Shown here one piece after another: positions 29,434 through 40,935 of a stretch of 64,000 nucleotides of DNA. Numbering within the stretch: the first letter of the stretch is position 1; every line of letters begins with the position of its first letter. The position numbers and the translations under genes are program-made. This DNA comes from Barthelona sp. PCE (lineage: Eukaryota), in assembly GCA_040285745.1 (NCBI GenBank), contig JAUFOR010000005.1, positions 434,001-498,000 on the forward strand, in the 5' to 3' direction. The notes under the pieces are model-generated. The model was not told the DNA's origin, made no database searches, and saw nothing but the letters and a program-made list of their open reading frames with translations.

Positions 29434-31656
29434 TTACTCTTTGTGATTTTCAGGTGGAGGTGTAGGAGCTTCTATTTCAATTTCAATTTCTATCTCATCA
29501 AGATTACTCAAAACTCTATCAAGTTCTTTATCGCGACAAGGTGCTTTGGGTGGACGGTTGAAACGTTTTGCAAGATGATTATGAGATTTAACCATCTGTG
29601 TATGATGGAAGTCACCATGTAGCTGTCCCAATTGCATATTACGAGATACTCTGCAAGATTTGATACCATCCTTACTTACAATGTGACGGAGAGGGATGGA
29701 ACGTGATTTGTTGCCTTTACGGAGTTGAATTTGGGCCAGTCCCTCGTAACCCTGCACATGCGGATCAGTGATGGTAATTTTACGGTGCGCTGCCTTTTCG
29801 AAATCCATCATATGTTCGTGGATTGCAGGCGTTGATTCCACGCGGAGCAAGCGGTCATGCTTCTCCTCATCCTCACAGAACACCATATCGTTACCTGTGA
29901 GTGGGTCCGTGATATGAATCTCAGCACAATCAAGGTCCAAACTAGTAACGATATCGTCATCCTCCGGGATAATGAGCTGGATGGAATGGTTCTCCTCATC
30001 AATGATGAATTCACGGTGAGATTCAGGTGTTGATTCGGTCTCGGTTGCAAATTGTGATGGACTTACTGAACGACGTTGTTTTAAATCATCAATACAACGT
30101 TCGACGCGGAGTTTGAACTGGTCATCACTAGCCTTACATTCACCGATTGTGTTTTTGTACATTTCACAGACCTTATCCTCGAGATAACTGTCTAGGGCTT
30201 CTTCCAATATCTTATCTTCATTGGTAACATCATTGACGCAAAGGTAACGACTGACAAAGCCCTTTTCAAAGCGTTCATAGAGGTTGCCGAAGAAACCCTT
30301 CTTCTCACCGACAATGGATGAAGCAAAGTTGGTTGCGAATGGAATAACTTTACCAAGAACGCGGGATGATATACCCTGCTTTGTGTCTTCCTTGATCTTA
30401 AGCCAGTTAAGAATGGGTTTGATGGTTGCACCGTTGAAGAAAACAGTGAATAGAACAATAAAAAGTGTACAAGAAACAAATTCTTCCTTATTGTTGAAAT
30501 TATGGGGTAGAGAAAACGCCAACGAGAAGGCAATGGCACCACGGAGGGCGCCCCAGATCAGAATGAACTGATTGCGCGGTGAAATCTTCACGGATCGGCG
30601 TAAGTTAACAAGAGCAGTAAGTGAAGTAACAACTACAGCTCGAACCAACATGATAATAACAACAACACTTAAGTTCAGTCCCCAGTTCCATGTTAAATCC
30701 TTTTCTGAAATAAGGGAAAGGCCGAGCATGATAAAGACAATTGTCTCTGTTGCTCCGGCAATCCACCTATATGAGAATTGTGTAGCGATATGTGAATGAT
30801 GGGTGATGTTGTGTTCTGCGTATTTTGAAGCTGCAATAGCATAAAACATAATAGCCATAATGCCACTGGTGTGGAAATATTCAGCAACAATGTAAGCGAG
30901 CATACCGCATCCCATAATCATAAGGGGTTCTACGGTCTCTAGAGCCTTTGTAAACTTTGTTATGAGCGTACATAAGAGAGCTAAGACAACACCAATTATT
31001 AAACCACCAATAGAAACGATGAAAAATTCTAAAATACTCAGGGAACCAGTTTTTAAATTTAGTGAGGTATCAGGGTCAACAGCAAATGATTCAAAGAGAG
31101 AATAAAGAACAATGGCAACTGCATCGTTGAGAATGCTCTCACCCTCAAGGATGATAGCAAGATTATGGTCTGTGTGAGCTTCTTCAAAGACTGCTAGAAC
31201 TGCAACAGGATCAACAGCATTGATGAGAGATCCAAAGGTGAGGGCTTCGAAGTAGTCGATCTGGAGGGAGATCCAGCCTAGCTTCGAAACAGCAACCAAA
31301 AGAAGTCCAGTGAAGATTGTGGAGAGAAACGTTCCTACAACTGCATAAGAGAGGATGGTACCTATGTTCTTGAAGAATAGATTCCTGTGGATGTTGTATC
31401 CAGCCGCAAAAATGATTGGAGGAAGGAGAATTACGAAAAAAGCCTCAACTTCAAATCTAAATACGGTTTCTTTCAGATCCGCACCAATGACCCAAAGAGC
31501 TCCACCAAGTGCTATACCTGAAAGAATTAAAACAGCGCTTTCGGGAGCAAATCGAATATGCTTTATGTGCCAAACAACTCTAAACAGTTGGCTGAGAATG
31601 AGAAGCACAAGGACGAGTATGATGTCAAGCAATAGCGTTGATGAAACGGCTGACAT
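29434..31656 (-). CDS. Na+/H+ exchanger (CPA1/NHE family)
   Basis: FFVILLPPIIFAAGY, AVDPVAVLAVF, GESILNDAVAIVL, GALRGAIAF; long cytosolic tail. First ATG at 31656. Confidence 0.93.
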   Translation of the reverse strand: MSAVSSTLLLDIILVLVLLILSQLFRVVWHIKHIRFAPESAVLILSGIALGGALWVIGADLKETVFRFEVEAFFVILLPPIIFAAGYNIHRNLFFKNIGTILSYAVVGTFLSTIFTGLLLVAVSKLGWISLQIDYFEALTFGSLINAVDPVAVLAVFEEAHTDHNLAIILEGESILNDAVAIVLYSLFESFAVDPDTSLNLKTGSLSILEFFIVSIGGLIIGVVLALLCTLITKFTKALETVEPLMIMGCGMLAYIVAEYFHTSGIMAIMFYAIAASKYAEHNITHHSHIATQFSYRWIAGATETIVFIMLGLSLISEKDLTWNWGLNLSVVVIIMLVRAVVVTSLTALVNLRRSVKISPRNQFILIWGALRGAIAFSLAFSLPHNFNNKEEFVSCTLFIVLFTVFFNGATIKPILNWLKIKEDTKQGISSRVLGKVIPFATNFASSIVGEKKGFFGNLYERFEKGFVSRYLCVNDVTNEDKILEEALDSYLEDKVCEMYKNTIGECKASDDQFKLRVERCIDDLKQRRSVSPSQFATETESTPESHREFIIDEENHSIQLIIPEDDDIVTSLDLDCAEIHITDPLTGNDMVFCEDEEKHDRLLRVESTPAIHEHMMDFEKAAHRKITITDPHVQGYEGLAQIQLRKGNKSRSIPLRHIVSKDGIKSCRVSRNMQLGQLHGDFHHTQMVKSHNHLAKRFNRPPKAPCRDKELDRVLSNLDEIEIEIEIEAPTPPPENHKE

Positions 31657-31726
31657 CTGTGATAGAAGAAAGAAAACGAAAATAATTTTCAAATAAGCCT
31701 ATCAATATATTTATTCCATAAATGTG

Positions 31727-32758
31727 TTAGTCAACATCACTAAACTCATCCTCTTCTGCAGCAATTGACTCATCAAGCAACTTATTAACCAGGGCTTCCT
31801 CTTTTTTCTCTACTTTAAGTTGAGTTAAATCAATAACAACATCATCATTCACCTCTTCAAGTTCAGGTAATTTTTCATCTTCAACTTCAACTTCTTCAAC
31901 ACCTATTTCAGTTTTTTCACGACGATAACCTTCAATTCTAGCTTCTAAAATTATCCTTTCACGCTTATCCTCCTCAGTTTCTTCATCAGAATCAAAAGTT
32001 AAATCGACTTTTTGATTGATAGCCTCATTTCTCATTTGTCTAAACGCATTCAACTGATTCAAGTGTTCATTTCTCTTTTCTTCTTTGATTTTCTTACGTT
32101 CTACTCTCTCTTCTGTTAACCCTCCACGTTTCCAAGCATCTGTAGTACGTCGTTCATCTTCAAAAACTGGTCGTTCATCAAGATAAGTCAGTGTTGGAAT
32201 GGAACTAACTATCGTCTTTCTGTAGTTCTTAATCTTACCAGTGCAGCCGTTTCCCTTCAGATACAAAACCTTCAGATTGGGCAATTGTTTTAAAATATTC
32301 AAAATTTCAGGATCATCGATTTGGTTACTGGATAGATCCAATACTTCAAGGGTGGGGCACTCTAGAAGACCACGCAGGTTCTCCACATCACTGATGGCGT
32401 TATTACTCGCTTGTAATGAAGTTAATGGTACATTTTTCAGGTTAGTGATTGATTCTAGCTGATTATCTGACAGGTTTAACTGCTGCAGCTGTGTTAGCTC
32501 ATCCAACCCGTCAATCTCAAAGATACAATTGTTTTGCAAGAACAAGCACTTAAGTTCCTTCAACGCATCAAGGTTCTTCATCTCTGTAATTGCGTTGCCC
32601 TGTAGATACAATGATTTAAGCCCAGTATATTCATCGAGATTATCAATAGTATCAAAAGATAAATATTGTAAGTACAAAATGGTGTTTAAACGTGGAGTTG
32701 AATACAAATCGTTGTCTCTACAGCACTTGACTAAAGCTTCCTTGGTCATAGGTGCCAT
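31727..32758 (-). CDS. DNAAF1: Dynein axonemal assembly factor 1 (LRRC50/ODA7)
   Basis: LYSTPRLNTILYLQY, NLDEYTGLKSLYL, NYRKTIV..LTYLDERPVF..ERR..AWKRGG. Confidence 0.88.
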   Translation of the reverse strand: MAPMTKEALVKCCRDNDLYSTPRLNTILYLQYLSFDTIDNLDEYTGLKSLYLQGNAITEMKNLDALKELKCLFLQNNCIFEIDGLDELTQLQQLNLSDNQLESITNLKNVPLTSLQASNNAISDVENLRGLLECPTLEVLDLSSNQIDDPEILNILKQLPNLKVLYLKGNGCTGKIKNYRKTIVSSIPTLTYLDERPVFEDERRTTDAWKRGGLTEERVERKKIKEEKRNEHLNQLNAFRQMRNEAINQKVDLTFDSDEETEEDKRERIILEARIEGYRREKTEIGVEEVEVEDEKLPELEEVNDDVVIDLTQLKVEKKEEALVNKLLDESIAAEEDEFSDVD

Positions 32759-32957
32759 TTTAAATGTGTGTTTTGAGAAATGGAACAAATTTTTTTTAGC
32801 AAGATTTTTAACCATTATTTTGATAAAATAATGTTGTTAGTGTGTGCCAAACGTATTTTTATCCTGTCAAAATGTACAAAAATGCACAGATATGAGCTGT
32901 TGTTGTATTTAGCCCTAATCTACACTTTTAACCCTTTTGACCTTTTGGTCGAGTGAG

Positions 32958-33719
32958 ATGTGCAAACTCACCGATCCTGCGCACGACAGTGTCTTACTTT
33001 TTCTCTTTTTTGTCATTATTGCAAATTTTTATTGTGCGGATTGTCTTATTTGTACTTATAAGTCTTGCACAACTGTGGATTACCTTGAAAAACACAATAT
33101 ACCTTTTGTTGCAAGTCAAAATAAGTACTGTTACTCCAGCCTGTCAGAACCTGCTTTTAAAATTTTGCAGAATAGTGGTTGTACTATTGAATTTGACAGG
33201 GAATCAACTCCCACGAACGATGAAGATTCTGTAACAAATGATTCAACGGAAAAAATAGTATTTATAATAGTAATATGTACAATATTATTTTTTCTTTTAT
33301 TGATTTGTATATTTGTTTGTATTCCAGAGTCAAAAAAAGAAAAATCAGACACATCTGCAAACTATGCTAGTGGATTAGATAGTGATAATGATGAAATACA
33401 ATCATCATCATATGTGCCGTTTTGTTGTTCACGTTTGTTTTCAGAATTTGGTAGATTATTCCGATCAAACTCAAACAATAGACTTAATGATGCAAGAATT
33501 CCGAGACCAAAATCCAGAAATCCTAGAAATTATTCTGTTTATCATCAAGATGATTTGAAAATTTCTACTGTACCAATGCAATTTAATAGTGCACCTAATA
33601 GTGCACGTAACTCTCCTGTTCACTTCTTTAGACCGAATGATGATGGCAGAGTCTGTACACCCGTTAGGCCTGTAAGTATTGATAACGAACGTGTACTGAC
33701 AGAGTATTGTTACAATTGA
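32958..33719 (+). CDS. Hypothetical single-pass membrane protein
   Basis: Hydrophobic N-terminal segment, Cys-containing ectodomain, TM IVFIIVICTILFFLLLICIFVCI, low-complexity tail. Confidence 0.6.
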   Translation: MCKLTDPAHDSVLLFLFFVIIANFYCADCLICTYKSCTTVDYLEKHNIPFVASQNKYCYSSLSEPAFKILQNSGCTIEFDRESTPTNDEDSVTNDSTEKIVFIIVICTILFFLLLICIFVCIPESKKEKSDTSANYASGLDSDNDEIQSSSYVPFCCSRLFSEFGRLFRSNSNNRLNDARIPRPKSRNPRNYSVYHQDDLKISTVPMQFNSAPNSARNSPVHFFRPNDDGRVCTPVRPVSIDNERVLTEYCYN

Positions 33720-33870
33720 TCAATTATCATGTAGACAAATATATCTTTAAATTTTTTAACATCTCCACAGGGGGTGTGTCAGGTCAGCATTCCATTGCTT
33801 TCACTTTTGTTTATGATCATGTAAATTGAACCCGTTTTTTTTTCTAAACAGGCATTCATTTTTTTGCACT

Positions 33871-36800
33871 ATGGAAATCAACGCGCTGGGAGTTCCCGTG
33901 CCTAACGCCCTCCCATACCATGTGTCACATAGTGTAGCGCATCATCCTTCAAAAAGTCTATTAATCTCGACAGTGGGCTCATTTTTGACGTTTTGGGACT
34001 ACAAAAAGCTGCAAATAGCGAGCTTCTCTCTTGATGGTATTAAAGTTTCATCAATTGCATTAAACCCTAATGGTACACATATCGCAATTGTTGGAGTTTC
34101 AAAGTTATGCCCTGTTGTTCTCATAGGACGGCTCAACAGACTGGACGCCCTCAGGGAGTATAATATTTCATCGATGGGACCATGTAGTTTTAGTCCTTCT
34201 GGTGATACTGTTTATATTTGTTCCAGTGAATGTTCAATTATTGAAGAAATTAACGTGTTTTCAAGCTCATCAACCGCAACAAGCACATATCACCTTACGT
34301 TTAATATAGATTCTCTTATTAGATTTGTTTGTCACACAAATAGTTTTCTTTTTCTTTTTTCAGATCGTTTAGTTTTAACAAATAGATACGGAGAGGAACA
34401 AATAACCTATAACAGTGAGAACAATACCGTTTTGAAGGACGTTTTACTGTTATTTGATGGTTATGTAGTTTTGACATCGAAAGAGTTATTATTTCTTTCT
34501 TGTGATCTTGCAGTTCTTTTTTCATTTCAATGCAAGCGTATAAACGAGTACACAGCCATTGAGTGGCGTGGAAACGAGCTTTTAGTTGGATGTTCTGATG
34601 GCAGTCTGTTTGGTTTTGACGTTAGTACTTTGAAACCAACGTGGGAGATTGATCCACCAGCAGCACTTAACGCATTTTCACTGGCAGACGAGCTTCAGAT
34701 GCAGCCACTGTCAAAGATCATGTGTCATAGTGATAATGTCGTGGCTTGTTTACATGATGGGTTTATCGCTGTATCAGATACGTTCCGTAAGGAGATTATA
34801 GCAGCTGCTTTCGGCCCGTCAGTCAACCCAAAGGCGTGTATATCTATGGATTCGCTCATTGTTACAACGAAAAATGCTTTGTTGTTGTACAAGAGTGTGA
34901 GTATGAGACCAACTATCATTCCAATCAGTAACATGTCAGAGATGTGTTGTATTGATGCATCCACACGTATTGTTGCTTGTGACACCACAGGAAACATATA
35001 TTGCGTTAGTCTTGATGGAAGCAGTCACCGTGTGGCCAATCTGCAGATGCGCCATGTCGGGCAACCTACTATAGTTAAAGCATCACGTCGTTATATATAT
35101 GTGGTGACGACCGCATCTGATTTGCACATCATAGATATTATGGCAGGTTTCAAACACGTAGCAGTTCTCGCAGTCGATCGTGACTTAGTTGATATTCTAT
35201 GTGTTGACCAATATGTGTATAATACTAGATCTTCGAGCAGAGACACGCTGTTGTTGCTGTACAAGAGACAGATGTGTGTGTATAGAGTGGATTCATCGAA
35301 TGAGATTATACCAGTCAGTTCATATGATTTGGATTTTGTAGCTAAGTATATTACACTTCATCCTGGACTTCCTCTTTGTATTATTGGAGGAACAAACTGT
35401 GCCCTCCTCATTGACTTTAATATTGGAAATAAGTATATTAAACCATTCAAAAAGCAACTGCTCAATATTTCTATTGATGGATTAGGTTTGTATTTTTGTG
35501 CAGTATTTCGTGACTGCGTTGAGATATACGAGCTTTTCAGTGGTAAATGTGTTCAAGTATTTGACTATAGCAAAGAATCATGCACTTTTTACTTTTTCTG
35601 GAATGAAAATTCGTTGTTGTTGTTACAGATTCTTTCTGGAGGGATTATAACTTATCGTTTGTCACATACGGTCGAAAAGGCAATTAAAAAAGCTCAAGAA
35701 GAAATGATCAAGAATCCAACACTGTTGAGAACGTTGCCCATTTGTTGGCAGGTTGCTACACATGCTATTACCCAAAGTATAGCAGAACCTGTTGAATCTG
35801 AGTTAAGTTTGACCGCATCAGTACACAAATTTTTGTTGAATGCAGTGAGTATTATTGAAGAGGTTGGTCTTAATGTGGATGATCATCACATAATTAGATT
35901 AATCAGCTACATTGAAGATCTTGATTTAGGCATGCATGAAAAGGAAGATCTTCTTAGAAGGACACTTTCTGATGCAATGGCGCTTGATTCTCCCCCAGAA
36001 AATTACCTTAAACTTGGACAGTTGGAGCTTGTTGATAAGATTAATCCGGTTAGTGTTGCCAGTGCAATGTTGGAGCATAATACAGACGTCGATGACGTAA
36101 AGAAGAAGGTTAATGATGTAATTGGAACATGTCAAACTACCGATGATACGATCATGGAGCTTATGAAATTAATGGAGAGACCCACCTTGGTTGAGCGTAT
36201 TCGTGCAGATCCCAGTGGACTGATAAGTGCTTTACCATCCTCTTTCAGTCGTAAAGAATACGGTGTTGACGATGTATTGAAGATGGTCCCTTCAGAGCTT
36301 AAACTCTTGTTGAATGATAATGAGCTTTTGGATTTTGTGGAAGACTGTATGGATGTTTATAATAAGGATGTGAATGGCAGAAAGATGGAGGATATTGTTA
36401 GTGCTGCGGCCAGTGAACTATTAGACGGTGTCCTGGAACCTAATGTTGTCGGGAATATTTCAGAACTTGATGATTTGCCGGATGATGTGAAGGTTGAAAT
36501 AGAGGAATTTGGAAATGGTCCAGAAGAATTTTCTGAAGGTATTCTTTTAGGTCTTGCTGCAGACAGTTATCAGCATTTATTCTCACAAGATAAAGTCACA
36601 GAAGAGGAGATGAAACTTCCCATGAATATGCTTGATCTCGCATCAGAGTTATACGATAAGGGATTCAGTATGGACAAACTTGGTTGTGCACTGGGTGCTT
36701 TTTGTGCAAGTGGTTTAGAAAACACTGATGATGAAAAAGTGAGAAATTCCCTAATCAAGGCACTCAGCACTTTCGACGGTGAATTGACTCCAGAAAACTT

Positions 36801-39378
36801 TGAGGAGGTTAACAGTATGATGTATGATGCTCTATGTGCTGAATCTGCAAACACTGAATCTACCTCAGTGGTTATTGAGGATTCTGACGAAGCAGATGAG
36901 GAGAAAGCCAATGAATCAGAAGTTGAAGGAGCAAATATTGAGATGCTTCAAGCCGCTTTGGACACATTCCCATCTTCTATCACACTCAATGCTAATGATT
37001 TGCCGTTTAATATCGATCAATTGACTGAAATGTTGGGTGAAACTGAAGATATGGATGCAGATGAAATTATTGCAGTCATTGCGGCAGGAATATATGAGAT
37101 GAATGCTCCATGTGAAGAACTGACGTCAGCAGAAGTGTTACAGGAGAAGTTGCAGGAGGTCATGAGTCGTTTAAAGAATTTGGATAACACTGTTATAGAT
37201 GAGGCTAAGGACAAAGGTATATTACCATTGTTGTTGCTTGATATTGATTCAGATTTGATATCTCGTGCTCGTTCCGCTGCTGAAGATTATGGCATGGAAC
37301 AGAGTGAAGGGGAGATACGACAGAAAGCAAAGATTATTCAAGTTTTTGAGGAAGATCATTTGGGGAATCGAGAAGATATTCCGAAAGAAGATATTCGTGA
37401 CCTCTCAGATGCATGTATGCGAGTAACAATGTCTACTGTCCCAGGTAAGGAGTTGGATTATAGTGATATCTCAAATACAGTACAGGAAACATATTCGTCA
37501 TTACCAGCATCTGTTATTGATAGTTTGAAAGAGAATAATACTTTACCTAGACACCTTGCATATCTTTCACAAAAACATCCAAAAGAAAGAGAATTTTTAG
37601 CTACATTACTTGATTCATTACCAAAAGGAACCGTCCTCAATGATACTGACATGGATGAGATGTTGAAATTTGCCAAATCGCACAAGGTTGACGATCCATC
37701 AGAGTTACCGAACTTCCATCAGCTGTTAAGTGCATTGCAGGATGAAGAAGAAGGAGATATTTCGAGTATCATCAAACAATATACTGATAATAATTCTGTA
37801 GCAAAGGTGAAACGTGAGCTTGAGCTTGAAGAGAAAAGAAATAAGCTTAAAGAGTTGGTTGACTTCGATTCCATTGGAGAATTTGATGATGACGATCTAA
37901 ACATGTTATTGGAATTCTACGATCCTATGGCAGTAGCTGCAGCCTTCAAAGCACATCCAGATGGTGACATGGACATGATCATGGCAAAGGCGGGTAATGC
38001 ACAAGATGCACTCACAAAGGCACGTGGTCATATCCGCAAGACAGGTTCAGATATAAAAGATGATGAGCTTTTGGAGATACTTACGATTGGTACGAAGAAC
38101 ACAAGCACTGCAGGCGATTGTGCACTGATGACAACAGCAGGTATCGACTTGAGAGAACTAGGTTTTGAAGGAGAAGATCTGGAGAAAGCTATGGAGGTAA
38201 TTGGAAAGAGCCCTGTATCTTTCGATTACATAAAGAAACTCAGAGATCGAAAATTCCCTGATGACTTTGTTAACACTATTGTTAAGAGTGCTTTGGTGGA
38301 TTTCAATGAAAAAGACGTTAGTGTCAGTGCGTTTGTTGATGCGTTGCAGCAGAAAACAGAAGAAATGTTGACTAATGAATGTGAACAAAGAGATGCAGAT
38401 CCAAAAACTGTTTTGATTAATTTTGATCAGACGGAATTGTTATTCGAAGAATTATTTAAATCGGAAATTGAGCTTAAATCGTTCCAGCTGCCCAGTTCGA
38501 TGGGAGATGAGGAAGAGTCAGTGCGGCAAAAGCTTAAAGAGTTGGATCGTGAAGAAGCCAATTTGCTAATTGATAGTTTAGCCAACAAACCTCATTTGTA
38601 CAAGTATTTATCACAGATTGGTGATATTAGTGGTTTAAGCGCGGCTGACATTGAAGAAAAGTTAAAAAATATAGCATTGGATGATATTCGTGGGGTTGTA
38701 GGTTTGGAGTCAGGAATGAATGATGAAGAGTTGTTGCAATTGCTCAATGAGCACGACCCAACTGTGATTTCTGCCGCTATTATGGCAGAAAACAACATTC
38801 AGGATCTGAAAGCAACTCATAATAGGGATTTAGAGGTTGATTTTAATACTATTCTTGCAAAATGCTCTGAAGCTATTGATACAGCTCCTGAGGCATTGAA
38901 GAAGGAGTATGGTGTTGATTATGCACATGCTCTTGCAGCCACCGTTGAACCAAATTTTTTGAAAAATGAAGAAGGTATTTCCAATGAAGTTAGTTTAAAT
39001 CAGATTGATAAAGCATTTTCTGATGTTAAAAAGTTTAATCTTAACAAACAGCTTGAGGCTAAGTTGGCTGGTCAGGTTATAAGGGCAGGTGAACATGGTG
39101 ACTTACTTCTAGATGCGTTAAACCTTATACCATTAGGTCATTTATCCTTAGCAGCAGAAAAAGGTGGTCAAATTGCTGTGGAAAGTCAGACAGCTGAGGA
39201 TATCGCTGAAGTCCTGCGTCGTATTGCAAACGGTGAAGACTTAATTGATGTTATTAATGAGTTAAGAGTGAAATATGGTAAGGAACCGTTCGTAGATGAA
39301 GCATTTAAGGTTGTTGACATGATGGATGAGCTTATTGTTCAGGAGGGGTTTGATGATGATGCTAATATTGAGTTTTAG
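33871..39378 (+). CDS. WD40 protein (WDR62/MAPKBP1-like propeller) with very long acidic helical C-terminus
   Basis: WD-like strands in the first ~620 aa; ISIDGLGLYF..VEIYELFSGKCV and GGIITYRL resemble WDR62/MAPKBP1. First ATG at 33871. Confidence 0.55.
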   Translation: MEINALGVPVPNALPYHVSHSVAHHPSKSLLISTVGSFLTFWDYKKLQIASFSLDGIKVSSIALNPNGTHIAIVGVSKLCPVVLIGRLNRLDALREYNISSMGPCSFSPSGDTVYICSSECSIIEEINVFSSSSTATSTYHLTFNIDSLIRFVCHTNSFLFLFSDRLVLTNRYGEEQITYNSENNTVLKDVLLLFDGYVVLTSKELLFLSCDLAVLFSFQCKRINEYTAIEWRGNELLVGCSDGSLFGFDVSTLKPTWEIDPPAALNAFSLADELQMQPLSKIMCHSDNVVACLHDGFIAVSDTFRKEIIAAAFGPSVNPKACISMDSLIVTTKNALLLYKSVSMRPTIIPISNMSEMCCIDASTRIVACDTTGNIYCVSLDGSSHRVANLQMRHVGQPTIVKASRRYIYVVTTASDLHIIDIMAGFKHVAVLAVDRDLVDILCVDQYVYNTRSSSRDTLLLLYKRQMCVYRVDSSNEIIPVSSYDLDFVAKYITLHPGLPLCIIGGTNCALLIDFNIGNKYIKPFKKQLLNISIDGLGLYFCAVFRDCVEIYELFSGKCVQVFDYSKESCTFYFFWNENSLLLLQILSGGIITYRLSHTVEKAIKKAQEEMIKNPTLLRTLPICWQVATHAITQSIAEPVESELSLTASVHKFLLNAVSIIEEVGLNVDDHHIIRLISYIEDLDLGMHEKEDLLRRTLSDAMALDSPPENYLKLGQLELVDKINPVSVASAMLEHNTDVDDVKKKVNDVIGTCQTTDDTIMELMKLMERPTLVERIRADPSGLISALPSSFSRKEYGVDDVLKMVPSELKLLLNDNELLDFVEDCMDVYNKDVNGRKMEDIVSAAASELLDGVLEPNVVGNISELDDLPDDVKVEIEEFGNGPEEFSEGILLGLAADSYQHLFSQDKVTEEEMKLPMNMLDLASELYDKGFSMDKLGCALGAFCASGLENTDDEKVRNSLIKALSTFDGELTPENFEEVNSMMYDALCAESANTESTSVVIEDSDEADEEKANESEVEGANIEMLQAALDTFPSSITLNANDLPFNIDQLTEMLGETEDMDADEIIAVIAAGIYEMNAPCEELTSAEVLQEKLQEVMSRLKNLDNTVIDEAKDKGILPLLLLDIDSDLISRARSAAEDYGMEQSEGEIRQKAKIIQVFEEDHLGNREDIPKEDIRDLSDACMRVTMSTVPGKELDYSDISNTVQETYSSLPASVIDSLKENNTLPRHLAYLSQKHPKEREFLATLLDSLPKGTVLNDTDMDEMLKFAKSHKVDDPSELPNFHQLLSALQDEEEGDISSIIKQYTDNNSVAKVKRELELEEKRNKLKELVDFDSIGEFDDDDLNMLLEFYDPMAVAAAFKAHPDGDMDMIMAKAGNAQDALTKARGHIRKTGSDIKDDELLEILTIGTKNTSTAGDCALMTTAGIDLRELGFEGEDLEKAMEVIGKSPVSFDYIKKLRDRKFPDDFVNTIVKSALVDFNEKDVSVSAFVDALQQKTEEMLTNECEQRDADPKTVLINFDQTELLFEELFKSEIELKSFQLPSSMGDEEESVRQKLKELDREEANLLIDSLANKPHLYKYLSQIGDISGLSAADIEEKLKNIALDDIRGVVGLESGMNDEELLQLLNEHDPTVISAAIMAENNIQDLKATHNRDLEVDFNTILAKCSEAIDTAPEALKKEYGVDYAHALAATVEPNFLKNEEGISNEVSLNQIDKAFSDVKKFNLNKQLEAKLAGQVIRAGEHGDLLLDALNLIPLGHLSLAAEKGGQIAVESQTAEDIAEVLRRIANGEDLIDVINELRVKYGKEPFVDEAFKVVDMMDELIVQEGFDDDANIEF

Positions 39379-39572
39379 TTTCAAAATTGATTGAATAAAC
39401 AATTTTTTTTATTATTTTCATTTTCTGAGTGACTCAAGTAGTTAAATTTTACTTCATTTAATCATAGATTTATTTAAGAAAATGATAAGACTTTCAAACT
39501 TCACGTTCAATGTGATGTGTTTGCATCTCCTTCACCAATTTTTTCTTCTTAGAGTATTTAGATTCAAAGACA

Positions 39573-40133
39573 TTAGTGACTGAATTTGTTTTTGTACTGC
39601 ATATAACGTTGCGGATACTCTCTCTGAAGTTTTGACTCTTTGAAATCGATCTCTGTAAGAAGCTCAGGAGGAACTTCACCGACTGAAGTATTATATCGAA
39701 TAACAAGTCTTTTACGTTCTTCAATCTCTTTAATGGTCTCTTCAAAGTCATCAAAATTATCCAATTCAGATAAATTATCTCGAGAAGGAACGCAGGGTTG
39801 TGAAATAAATGTTTCCCCAGACATTTTCACTTGTGCATTGGCGATCATCTGTGTTCTGTCACGACCAGGGGCAGGTTTTGATGTTTCAATAGAATTTTCA
39901 TAGTTGCGCCCTGTTTTTCTTAAAATTGTAGTCTGTTTGGTCTTTTTTGGCATCATATCTATGTGTGCACGATGTATTCCAGCGAGATTCCCTGAACTAA
40001 TATCAAGAGAGTCAAGCACAGAATTAGTTTTGTGAAAGATTGCCTTCTTCTTTCTTTTCAACGGTTTGTTTTGACGTCCTTGTAACTGTAATCTAATAGA
40101 TTCTGGAATATTTGACTTCAAAGGCTTCTTCAT
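39573..40133 (-). CDS. UPF0193/EVG1-like protein
   Basis: DDFEETIKEIEERKRL...LLTEIDFKESKL and KPAPGRDR resemble the family C-terminus. ATG at 40133. Confidence 0.55.
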   Translation of the reverse strand: MKKPLKSNIPESIRLQLQGRQNKPLKRKKKAIFHKTNSVLDSLDISSGNLAGIHRAHIDMMPKKTKQTTILRKTGRNYENSIETSKPAPGRDRTQMIANAQVKMSGETFISQPCVPSRDNLSELDNFDDFEETIKEIEERKRLVIRYNTSVGEVPPELLTEIDFKESKLQREYPQRYMQYKNKFSH

Positions 40134-40935
40134 TAAAAGTAACAAAAAAGATTTATGAATAAAAAAGGAGGTAATATCAAAAACACAATTTATTAGAGTA
40201 ACGGTCAAAAAAATTTTTAGGCAGGTAGAAACCTTTCTAAAATCAACATAGTCCAAAGTAAAGTTGGAAGTTCTTCAATTTGCTTTGGAGATTTATTTAT
40301 TTTTTATATCTGTTTAAAAGATTTTATGTTCATAGACAATATAAATACTGCTGTAAAATACATTGGTGATAGGATAATAATCTTCAAAAGTAATAAATCT
40401 GAAAAAATAGAAATTCCGAATTACAAAATACAAAAAAATTTTTATCCAAAATATTTATCTCTTTTCATTTATCATGCTACTGGATATGTATATTACATTA
40501 AAAGACTGAAAATAATCATTACATAATGATAAAACCTAAAACCACAGATAAAAAAATAAATAAGCTTTTAAAGTTGGAGAATATCGAAATATGTCCACAA
40601 TTAATTTATAAATTCAATCCCTTTAACATCAAAATAATGAGTGATATATTAGTTGTTGAATCAAAGCAACAAACTGAAGAAATTGTTCAAAAAGAAGTGA
40701 TATCCCCAAATACCGGTATTTTTGTCAATACTGTCTTTGCTCAATAATGTTAGTCAGATGGACAAGCAAAGCTAGTAAAAGAAAATGAAAAAATCAAAAA
40801 AAAACCTTTAAAACATGTACAACGCCGGCAATGCTATGTTTGTTGCAACATGTGAAATGAAAAAGAGGTTAATATCTGTAGCAACGTGTACTATTTTTTT
40901 CTCTTTATATCACAGTCTTATTTATTTATATTGTA

